A stretch of DNA of 43,708 nt, filler included, from Jimgerdemannia flammicorona (taxonomy: Eukaryota), in assembly GCA_003990765.1 (NCBI GenBank). It is 2 parts of 2 records of this genome, joined end to end, with 100 filler letters (N's around TTAATTAATTAA, not from the genome) between each part and the next. Parts side by side here need not be neighbours in the genome. Positions count along the whole stretch, not along the records: positions 21,905 to 43,708 come from RBNJ01001391.1; 1 more part is not named here. One strand, 5' to 3'. The translations under genes and the position numbers were made by a program. Positions 34,421 through 43,708 of the stretch are shown here, piece after piece. How positions within the stretch are numbered: position 1 is the first letter of the stretch; each line of letters starts with the position of its first letter. The notes beneath the pieces were generated by a model. The model had not been told where the DNA came from, searched no databases, and saw only the letters and a program-made list of their open reading frames with translations.

Positions 34421-35113
34421 CTAGAATCTGTTAGTTTGTCATATTGTTTACTGGAGGCAGTTGGAGTACTGGTAGTAGTGTTACTGGTACTATTTGAGGT
34501 ACTGGTACAGAGTGTAAGGGTGTTCCTTGAGTCTGTGTAAGTTGCTGGAGTAATAGTTGTGGGTCTGGAGTAAGGGCTCGATAGATAGCTGTTTATTACT
34601 GTGTAGGTATATTCTGGCCTGATGGAGGTGCATCTCCTTTGATAGTATATCTGGGATCAAATTTACTGAGATACTCCTCCTCCTCCTCTTTGGTTTGGTC
34701 CTTGTGTAATTGAGTTTGCTTGGCATCAAAGTAGACAAAATCAGTTGTATATCTGATTTCAGATGGACTTAATTCAAAGTCAAGTTCTGGTTCAGTATTG
34801 GTTTCAGGTTCAGGTAGAGCTATAGCTGGGCCTGCTTCTAGTTCAGGGTCAGATTGTTGATGAAGAGTTTTTCTTACTTTTTCCTTAAGGATATGCCGGG
34901 CCTTACTGTTCTAGAATCAGTAGTATAATGCAGTCTTAGTTCTGGTACAGTGAAAGTTGGTAGAGTTGAGCCACTTAGCTATAGAGACTTGGGCTTTGTG
35001 AGGAACTAAGGCTAGAAAGACTGCTGCTGGTTGTTCTAGGTCACTTGGATTTGTAGAGCTGACAAAACTCTTGTTGAGAAGAGTAAAGAAGACTTCTATA
35101 AGACCTTCTTCAT

Positions 35114-35517
35114 TGTAATGGTTCTAGTTTCTAAATGAGGAAGCAACTAGTTCTGGTGGTTCTAAGTAGCTTGAAGAGATACTTAAAGATTCAAGTGTTC
35201 TTAAAGAATTTCTGGGAGAAAATATTCTGAGACTTTATTCATGTGAACAAAGGGGATATTTATACAAGATCTGAAAGAAGGATCCAGAAGGATCTGAGAA
35301 ATCAAAGGAAAATGCCAAGAGGAAAGTTCTCAGTAAAGATGACAAATGATGACAAATAAAGTTCTACAAGTTTCCAGAATATTCAGTGACTAGCTAAATA
35401 AGTACTAGAGGATGCTCGGCATCAAAAAAGGATTTCTAAGTATTTGGAAAGTACTGGAAGATCATAGAATATTGAAAAAAGACAAAGAAAAGAAATAAAC
35501 TATACTAAAATATTACA
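35114..35517 (-). repeat. 3' LTR of C
   Basis: TGTAAT...ATTACA; minus-strand TATAAATA at 35257-35264 and AATAAA near 35235. Confidence 0.95.
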
Positions 35518-35849
35518 TCTCCCCCTCCTTAAGAATCAATGTCCTCATTGAATTCTCAAAGTTATATATAATAAACAATAAGACTAAAAGAAACTTCAAA
35601 TTAAATGTATCAACTCATTGGTAAGGATTGGTCATCTTTATATAAGGCAAGGGCCAAAGTATCATCTTGATTGGACAAGAACTGGTTTGAACCTCATTAG
35701 TTGCAGGATTTATAGGGTTTTCCTATATCTTTTATTTCTGATACTGTATCCCTTAGAGAGCTCTGATACATAATATATCTGATCAGCACAGTAGGTTATT
35801 TACTATTCAAGGGGAGAACCTTACAGGCAGTCAATAAGTTCCTTTTTTC

Positions 35850-37175
35850 TCAAACTCTTAGATGAGGTCTTGAGAGTTCTTGAGATTGGTGGCAGGTTTC
35901 CAGATGGTATCATATTTAGGGTAATTCATCCACTTGACTAGATATTCTGTGTGACAGTATCAGACTTGTTTGTCTAAGATTTTCTTGACTTCATACTCAA
36001 TGTGGTCTTCAACTATAACTGGTACTGATGGTGTCAGAATTCAGCCAGAGTATGGGGGTGACTGGTTCTAGGCCTTAAGTTGTGATATATGGAATACTGG
36101 GTATATATACATGGTTGTTGGTAAGTTGAGACAGTAAGACCAGATAGAGACTTGCTCAGTAATCTCAAAGGGTCTAAGGTACTTGGGCTGGAATTTGGCT
36201 GACTGGTGGTTGACTTGAGATTGAGCCTTGATGTTGTTGGCTTTGAGTAGAACCATATCACTAATATTGTATATGACATCTTACCACTTCTTATCTACAT
36301 ACTTAGCTTGATGTTGCTAAGTCTTTTATAGGTTCATAGTAGTGATCTTGAGAAGAGAATCCATTTTGTCAATAAGATTCTGGGCTGTGAGGACTTGAGT
36401 GTGACTGGATTGCTGGAATTGGACTAGGCTTGCAGAGGTCTCAGGGTTTTGACTATGAAGTAGCTGGAATGGAGAAAGGCCAGTTGATGATTAGTTGGCA
36501 TTATTGTAGATGAACTCAGCATAGGTCAGATAGTGGTCCCAATTGTCTTGCTCATAAGACACATAGTTTCTGAGTATTTTTTTGAATGTTCTGTTAATTC
36601 GCTCAGTCTGTCCATCAGTTTGAGGATGGAAGGCAGTGAACATAGCAATTTGGATTCCAAGGGTCTTGAAGAGTGCTTGCCAGAAGTGAGTTGTGAACTT
36701 GGGGTCGCAGTCACTGATAATTACTTGGGGGAGTCCATAATGGCAGAAGACAGTCTTGAAGAAGATTCTTACAATTTCTGGAGCAGTAGTATTGATTGTA
36801 GTTGGCTCGGCAATTGTAATCTTAATGAGATGGTCCACAAATATAACAATGGTATCATAGCCTGTTTTGGTTTATGGGAGTTGTACAATGAAGTCCATTG
36901 TGACTTGTTCAAACTTCTTGGTTGGAATTGGCAGGGGTTGCAGAAGACCAGCAGGTACTTAGTTGCTTGACTTGTTTCTTTGGCAAAGATCACAGCTTTG
37001 GACATACTTCTTGATTTTCTTGAGCATGTTTGGCCAGTAGTAGTCTCGTTGGATATTCTTGATGGTCTTCTCAGTTCCAAGGTGACCAGCTAGTAGGGAA
37101 TCATGATGTTCATGAAGAATTTTGTACTGTAGTTCAGGGTTAGCAGGAATATATACTTTATCTTGATAGTACACG
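35850..37175 (-). pseudogene. Integrase plus chromodomain of C
   Basis: HEHHDSLLAGHLG...CDLCQRNK, TAFHPQTDGQTERINR, PKYLRPF, EYEVKKILDK...EYLVKWMNYPKYDTIWKP. Confidence 0.93.
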
Positions 37176-37299
37176 AGGTGGTCCTTGATGGTATACCTTT
37201 TCTTGAATTTCTTGGTGTTCCTTTGTAGAACCAGAGAGTCTTATTCATATGCCTTCTTGATCTGATTCAGGAATTCGAGTGCCACAGTGACTTGTAAAA

Positions 37300-38680
37300 T
37301 TACAGCAAGGTCAGGTCTTCTTGAAAGTATATCTAGTATGACTAGAGTTTTGCTGGGCTTATAGATGATGTTTGGGGTAAAGGTCTGAAGTAGTTGACTC
37401 CACTTGGCTTGTTGGCGAGAAAGGGTTAATTGAGTATTGATGTACTGAAGGGATCTGTGATTGGTGATCACATCAAACTCAACTCTTTCTAGGTAGTGTC
37501 ATTAAGTCTTGAGGGTATGTATGATTGCCAGGAGTTCCTTTTCATGAGTAGTCAGCTTTTGTTTGGCTGGGGACAATTTTCTTGACTCAAAGGCAATAGG
37601 TCAGTATCCTTGACCATCATCTTGAGAAATGACTGTACTAATGGCAAAGTTAGATGCATCTGTAGTAACTATGAACTTCAAGTTTGGGTCTATATTTCTC
37701 AGGACAGGTGCATGGGTCAGGCAGTTCTTGAGTTCTTGAAAAGCTTATTGACAGAAAGCATCCCAGATATAGGAGACATAGAGGTTAGAGTTGGGTTCCT
37801 TTCACAGAAGGTTTGTCAAAGATTCTGCAATACTAGAGAAGTTCTTGACAAATCAATGGTAGTATCCAGCCAGACCAAGGAAGGATCTGAGTTCAGTGAG
37901 GTTTGCTGATACAGACCACTGTTCAATGGCTTGTATTTTCCTTAGGTCTACTTGAATTCCTTTGGCTGATACAATGTGTCCAAGGTATTCAACTTGATCC
38001 TTGAAAAATTCACATTTCTTGAGCTTTGCATAGAGCTTGTTCTTGCAGAGGATCTTGAGGACTTATTCAATGTGCTTGAGGTGTTCTTCTTCAGTGCTAC
38101 TGAAGATCAGGATGTCATCAATATATACAAGTACAAAGATATAGAGCTGATCCTTGAAGACAGTTTGCATGAGATCTTGAAAGGTTGTTGGCACATTGGT
38201 GAGACCAAAGGCCATGACTAGAAATTTGTAGAGTCCAAAGGGTGTCATGAAGGCAGTCTTGGGTATATCTTCTGGCTTGATTCGAATTTGGTGATACCCA
38301 GAGGTGAGATCAATCTTGGTAAAGTACTTTGCATTTTTGAGAGCATCAAAGATTTGATCTATGAGCAGTAGTGGGTAATGGTTCTTGACTGTGATCTTGT
38401 TGAGTGCTCAGTAGTCTATACACATTCACAGAGTATTATTCTTTTTCTTGACAAATAGGACTGGAGAACTAAAGGGTGACTTGCTTGGCTGAATGGCTCC
38501 TCGCTTGATGAGTTCATTGAGTTCCTTCTTGACTACTTCAATTTTGAGTGGAGATATACAGTACATTTTCTTCTTAGGTATAGCTGCATTAGCTACCAAC
38601 TTGATTTCATAGTCATAGTCTCTTGAAGGTGGTAGACCAGGTAGTTTGTCCAGGAAGACATCCTTGTACTTGTTCAGCAG
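37300..38680 (-). pseudogene. pol: RT plus RNase H of C
   Basis: KIDLTSGYHQIRI, TPFGLYKFLVMAFGLTN, YIDD at 38114-38125, VTTDASNFA, THEKELLAI. Confidence 0.94.
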
Positions 38681-38859
38681 TAACTTGATGCTTTCACTAA
38701 TTGATAGCTTCTTGTCTTCTTTCTTTGGTCAGATCAGTGTTATAAAGGCACAGGTAGCTTTCTTGAGGGCCTTCTTGAACTGAATTGCCAAAAGGGTAGC
38801 AATTGGGGTTTTCATCTGAGTCTTGTCTGGCTTGATGGTAATGTTGGTTCCATCCTGAA

Positions 38860-39190
38860 TCAGAGTGACTTCATTCTTGGTTCAATCAATCTGAGGGTTG
38901 TGCCATATAAGCCAGGGTTTGCCTAGGATCAGGTTATGGTCTCCTAGTGGTGCTACCTTGAAATCTAAATGTTCCCAGTATTTCTGGATCTTGAGGGGAA
39001 GTTTAGCAGCAATTGAGTCGATTGGTAAGGTGGTGCCATCTACAGTGACAACTCCACCATTCTTGCCAGCTAGTTTGGTAATAATCTTGAGCTTGTCAAT
39101 GAGGTTCTTATTGATGAAGTTCCCAACAGCTCCACTGTCTATGAGAACATCTAGCTCTTGTCCCTTGACTAGACCTTTGAAAATGAGCAT
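38860..39190 (-). pseudogene. Protease of C
   Basis: VLIDSGAVGNFI...NLILGKPWL. Confidence 0.92.
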
Positions 39191-39223
39191 TGAATTGGCT
39201 CAGTTCTTGGCTATGCTTGCAAC

Positions 39224-39645
39224 TTTATCAGTGCTGCCAAAGCCTTTCTGATCTCACTTGGTTGGAGACAGCTTGGTGACTTCTTTGATGACTGGTAGGG
39301 TGGCTTGCTCCAGAATGAGCTGTGCAATTCTGTCACCTTCATTGACAGTGTATGGTTGGTTCTTGTGGTTGACTAGCAGGACTTGCATTTTACCTCAGAA
39401 GTCAGAGTCAATGACTCCAGCACCAATATCCAATGAGTGCTTGAAACTGAGGCCAGATCTTGGTGCAATCCTTGCATAATGTTCCTTGGGAATTTTGACT
39501 GAAAGGCCAGTTGGAATGAGCCTTCTTTTATGTGCAGGAATAGTGACTTGTTGTACTGCTTGAAGGTCCAAACCAATGGCTCCTTCTGACTGTGCTTGAG
39601 GGATCTGGGCCTTAGGGTTGACTCACATGAAATTGAGTACAACTT
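39224..39645 (-). pseudogene. dut: dUTPase of C, between gag and PR
   Basis: GAIGLDLQA, PTGLSVKIP, RIAPRSGL, GAGVIDSDF*G, GDRIAQLI, KGFGST: all five motifs, in-frame TGA stops only. Confidence 0.94.
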
Positions 39646-39699
39646 CTTGTTCAACTGGTTGACCTTGGGTGTCTTTGGACAGGACCAGAATCCTCTTTA

Positions 39700-40670
39700 G
39701 TTCAGCAGTTTTCTTGGGACATTTGGTTGCAATGTGACCAAGCTGATGGCAAAAGAAGCAGGCTCCAGCCATCTTGTGGTGCTCCTTTTCCTTGGGTGTA
39801 AGCTTGCCTTTCTTGTTCTTGTCAATGGTGTCTAGGTTCATGGGGGTAGGTCCAACAGTTCTGACTTTGGGTTCCTCCCTTTTGTGGTTGTTGTTGAAAG
39901 GCAGTCTCTTCTGTTCGAAGTGGTGACCATAGATGATGACATCAAATCTGTTAGCAATCTTCATTGCTATATCTAGGTCCCTGGGCTCTTCTAGTTTGAC
40001 ATGAACTTGGGTTTGACCTTTCAGGCCTCAGATGTACTTGTTAACCTTCTCATCTTCAGTGATATGTAGTAATTCTAACAGGATTGATAAGAATTGTGCA
40101 TTGTATACTTATATAGACTTGAGTTGTTTGACATTTGCCAGACAGTTTTGTGCAGTCTTGGTGCTATTGACTGGTTTGAATTGGTCTTGAATGGCATCAG
40201 AGAATTCATTTCAGGTCCTGATCCAGCCAGTAAATCTGGTATTCTGAACATGGTTTTGCCACCAGATTGTAGCATTCTCTCAGAGGAGTGTGGCAGTGAA
40301 TTGGACTAATATTGCTTCTTCCAAATTAGTCAGTTCTCCATATTGCTCTAATTGGAAAAGCCAGGCATCAGTAGACAGTCCTCCTCTTTGACCATCAAAA
40401 GTGTCAGGCTTCTGAGGCTTGATAGTGACTGCTGTCAGGTATATTGATATCAGTGGGGGTGCAGAGGTATGAGCAGGGGCCTTGCTTTCCTTTCTTTCTA
40501 TGTATTCTTGAAGTTGAGCAATCTGAGCTAATATGGTCTATAAAAGACTCTTGATGGCCCCATTTGACTGAGTAGGGTTTTGCTATTCCTCTTCTTCTTG
40601 CTGATTATATGAGACATTGCCTGGACCATAGGTACTGTATGAAGGGTTCTACCTATTGTCCTCCATAGTG
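39700..40670 (-). pseudogene. gag: gag of C with CCHC zinc knuckle
   Basis: KPDTFDG, GPTPMNLD, CFFCHQLGHIATKC. Confidence 0.88.
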
Positions 40671-40720
40671 TTGTAACTGATATCTTGAGAGGTGTCTTGA
40701 TAAGGCTAGGTGTAACTTAA

Positions 40721-40732
40721 CTGCTGCTACCA
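40721..40732 (-). promoter_or_regulatory. PBS of C, initiator-Met tRNA type
   Basis: TGGTAGCAGCAG 2 nt after the 5' LTR; TGGTAGC complements the 3' end of eukaryotic tRNA-iMet. Confidence 0.8.
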
Positions 40733-40734
40733 AG

Positions 40735-41138
40735 TGTAATGGTTCTAGTTTCTAAATGAGGAAGTGACTAGTTCTGGTGGTTCTAAGTAGCTCAAAGAGA
40801 TACTTAAAGATTCAAGTGTTCTTAAAGGATTTCTGAGAGAAAATATTCTGAGACTTTATTCATATGAACAAAGGGGATATTTATACAAGATCTGAAAGAA
40901 GGATCTGGAAGGATCTGAGAAATCAAAGGAAAATACCAAGAGGAAAGTTCTTGGCAAAGATGACAAATGATGACAAATAAAGTTCTATAAGTTTCCAGGA
41001 TATTCAGTGACTAGCTAAATAAGTACTAGAGGATGCTTGGCACCAAGAAAGGATTTCGAAGCATTCAGAAAGTACTGGAAGATCATAGAATATTGAAGAA
41101 AGACAAAGAAAAGAAATAAACTATACTAAAATATTACA
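40735..41138 (-). repeat. 5' LTR of C
   Basis: Ungapped match to 35114-35517, same length. Confidence 0.95.
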
Positions 41139-41422
41139 TTCATCTTGACTTGCTGGGTATAGAGCAAGGAGTTTGGTGAATAGGGTTTCACCTATTTGCT
41201 GATTTAACTGGAGTATTTCTTTCTTCAAATGAAATTTGTCCCACTTTTTGCAGGTGTGGAGGTCAAATTATCCTTATATGTCAGGTTCAATTCTCTCCAG
41301 ATTGTCAGATGGTTCAGAATAAATTCCAGTTCAGAGGTTGGGCTTTATACTAACTTATAGGAATTCTCAGAGGGGTTTGTAGCGGGGTGAGGAAGCATCT
41401 TGAAGTGGAATTGGATTGTAAA

Positions 41423-41434
41423 CCACTACTATCA
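41423..41434 (-). promoter_or_regulatory. Decayed PBS of B, iMet type
   Basis: TGATAGTAGTGG next to the LTR; transitions alone convert it to TGGTAGCAG. Confidence 0.55.
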
Positions 41435-41437
41435 AGT

Positions 41438-43465
41438 TGTAAGAGGGTTGCTTTTTAGGGTAACCATTATGTAGTTCTGGAAGAGTTTTCTGGAAGTTCT
41501 GGATATTCTGGAAGACTGTTTTCTTATGGTCAAGATCAATTTCATATGGAGTATATTCTCTATACTTATTGATTTCAAGATTGGGTTAATGTCTCAACCA
41601 AAGTCCTTTTTTGGACTAGTTCTGAATGTTCAGGATTTTCTATATTTCAGAAAGTTCAAGAAACTAAGACCAGCTTAGTTGAATTGACATATCACTGCAG
41701 ACAATACCCAATTAGGAAATTTTGTAATGGAGTTAGGAGTAGGACCTAACAGGGAGCAGATTTACTTAAGAGTGGTTTGTGGGTTATTAAATAGATTTAT
41801 TTGCTATTCATGATATTACTATACTAGAAGTAGTTATATGAAGAGATATTGTGGGGAAATATTCAGGAATATTCTTGTATGTTCAAGTCTGTTCAAGTCT
41901 GAGATTCTGAGGTCTGGGGGAGGGGATATTTATACTAGTGAGGGGCTATCTGGACTATGCTAGATATGGATATAGCACTTAGTACCTTACTGAGTCAGAA
42001 TACAGTCACATAGTACAAGTGTGATCTGATATATTAAGAGATCATCTGACTGCTGAGTCAGTTTACAGTTATATTATATAAGGCTAATCTAACTATACTA
42101 TGACTGCTAAGCTATTTATAGATTTAGGTGCTGTCTGGGTAGTTATCGATAATATCATCTCTAATGAAGTGGTCATCTAGGAAGAGTGATTCACAGATTA
42201 CTTCTCCTTATTCACTAAGATAATAATACATTGGAACTTCATTACTATCCTACAGGATAGCGTCATCTGTCTTATATGCTGGATAAGGTATTGGTGGGTG
42301 AAGAAGTGGTGCATTGTCTTCACTTTCATCAGATTCACTATCTGTATACCTTCTATAGGTTATAGCACTATGAGTCACAGGGTTGTAGTAAGCTGGTGGC
42401 TGTGATTCATATTACTTATACTCAGGTAGTAGAGTTGTTGGTTTGATCTCGAGGGTTGTCTGAAGATACAGATTGTGTTCTTCAGTCTCTTCATTATAGT
42501 TGAAGTAATTAGGGATAAATGTAGGTTGGTATTCATGCCAGTGGTCATTGTCCCAAAAAGTCTCATATGTAGTTATGAACTGTTGTAAGTTCATCAGCAG
42601 GGTTGGTGGTGTGATCAGAGTTGGTAGAGATCCTTGGCTCAAGGTCATGTCAGTGTCAGAGGGATCATTGTCTTCTACTTTATCTTCATCAAATCGGATT
42701 ATATCATAGATGTTCTCCATGGTGTATCCAACTTGGGGTATTTGTAGGATATGATCATTGGTATATAGGAAGATTCTGTCAGTAGTCTGGACATACTCGA
42801 GATACTTGTGGTTGAGTTCTTGTATTATGTCATTGATTTGGCCATAGGACAGAGTAGCAATCATTTTATTAGTGGTAACTCTGAGGTGGGGAATAAAGGT
42901 GCTGTACTCATAGAAGAGTTCTCTATGTTTGCAGGTGATGAGCTTCTAGTATTGAGACATCTGGATAATATCTATATCATGGTGGTGTTCAACTATATCT
43001 TCTAGGAGATAGCTGATATGGTAGTAGCTTGAGATTTGTCCAATTTGGTGAGCCTCGCTAAGCATGTTTAGGGCATTCCATCAGGCTTCCACAAAATAGA
43101 GAGGTGCTAAGCTATGAATATTCATAAGGGGCAGAGGGGGTGTGGCTCAGTTGACAATGGCATTCCAAATGTCAGTATGGATGTGATTGTAGATCTCAGT
43201 AGTCATATTTGTGTATATTCAGAAGTTATGGTTATTGTTTGTTTTGGTTCTCTGTTTCGATGCATCTCAGTGCTTGGTATATATGTATTTGGTCCTGATT
43301 GGTAAGATTCCATTTGTGTGAATCTTGTGTTCTATGACTTCATGTTGACTCAGCTTTATGTGCTGTGACTTTGGTTTGACTCAGCTTCATAATCTTGCAG
43401 GTGATTTCCAGATTTGTTCAGAGGGTAACATGTGATTTCAGTGACTTGGAGGTTGTGTGCTTACA
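41438..43465 (-). repeat. 5' LTR of B
   Basis: TGTAAG...CTTACA, 2028 bp; minus-strand TATAAATA at 41927-41934. Confidence 0.93.
42124..43206 (-). pseudogene. LTR(U3)-encoded ORF of unknown function, ~360 codons, 5' LTR copy
   Basis: One frame from ATG 43206 to TAA 42124, containing ORF 42412-42864. Internal stops are transition-type, and two read CAA (Gln) in the other LTR. Confidence 0.72.
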
Positions 43466-43708
43466 GATTATATTCTCCAGTCTCTTCATTGTAGTTGAAG
43501 TAGTCAGATATAAATGCAGGTTAATACTTATACCAGTAGTCATTATCCTAATAGGTCTCATAGGTAGTTATGAACTATTATAAGTTCATTGGCAAAATTG
43601 ACAGGGTGATCAGAGCTAGTAGAGATCCTTGGCTGGAGGTTATGTCAGTGTCAAAGGGATTATTATCTTCTACTTTATCATTATTGAACTAAATTATATT
43701 ATAAATAT
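43466..43708 (-). repeat. Older B-family LTR fragment, right part
   Basis: Aligns with ~42470-42710 and resumes where 26873 stops. Confidence 0.85.

Larger units (their letters stand above)
35114..41138 (-). mobile_element. Chromoviral Ty3/Gypsy element C (6025 bp), structurally complete, nested in B
   Basis: 404-bp LTRs, perfect TSD TTCAT (35109-35113, 41139-41143), PBS TGGTAGCAGCAG, PPT AAGGAGGGGGAGA, order gag-dUTPase-PR-RT-RH-IN-CHD. Confidence 0.96.
26874..43465 (-). mobile_element. Chromoviral Ty3/Gypsy element B (gag-dUTPase-PR-RT-RH-IN-chromodomain), ~10.5 kb without nested element C
   Basis: Paired 2028-bp LTRs, PPT 28902-28915, decayed iMet-type PBS, imperfect TSD GCTTA/GATTA, ordered pol domains. 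Confidence 0.93.

Overview
Eukaryotic, probably fungal, repeat-dense DNA. The organism is inferred only from 57-85 nt GT-AG introns and the element types. The window is mostly decayed, nested retrotransposons. Family A is a Ty3/Gypsy with gag-PR-dUTPase-RT-RH-IN and a ~1.35 kb LTR (1-7849, +), plus a second truncated copy with a tRNA-Pro-type PBS (18340-21223). Two L1/Tx1-like LINEs lie on the minus strand (9545-15760; 21905-26314), with several extra LINE 5' heads, two of them joined to a 9-bp GGGCAA(C/G)A(C/T) array. Chromovirus B (26874-43465, -) has 2028-bp LTRs, sits inside an older copy of its own LTR, and is interrupted by chromovirus C (35114-41138, 404-bp LTRs, TSD TTCAT). A B-related solo LTR (22327-23819, TSD CTCAA) splits a LINE endonuclease. 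One small spliced orphan gene lies in a CpG-retaining island (~16423-17225, -). Repeats show heavy C>T/G>A decay, strongest at CpG. Most notable: a reconstructible ~360-codon ORF inside the U3 of both B LTRs, replaced by a different cassette in the solo LTR; the LINE-head plus 9-mer array composite; dUTPase in all three Gypsy families at two positions; and a Zn2Cys6-like Cys cluster in family A pol. A 100-nt artificial linker at 21805-21904 means the two sides may not be contiguous. All calls come from manual reading; no searches were run.
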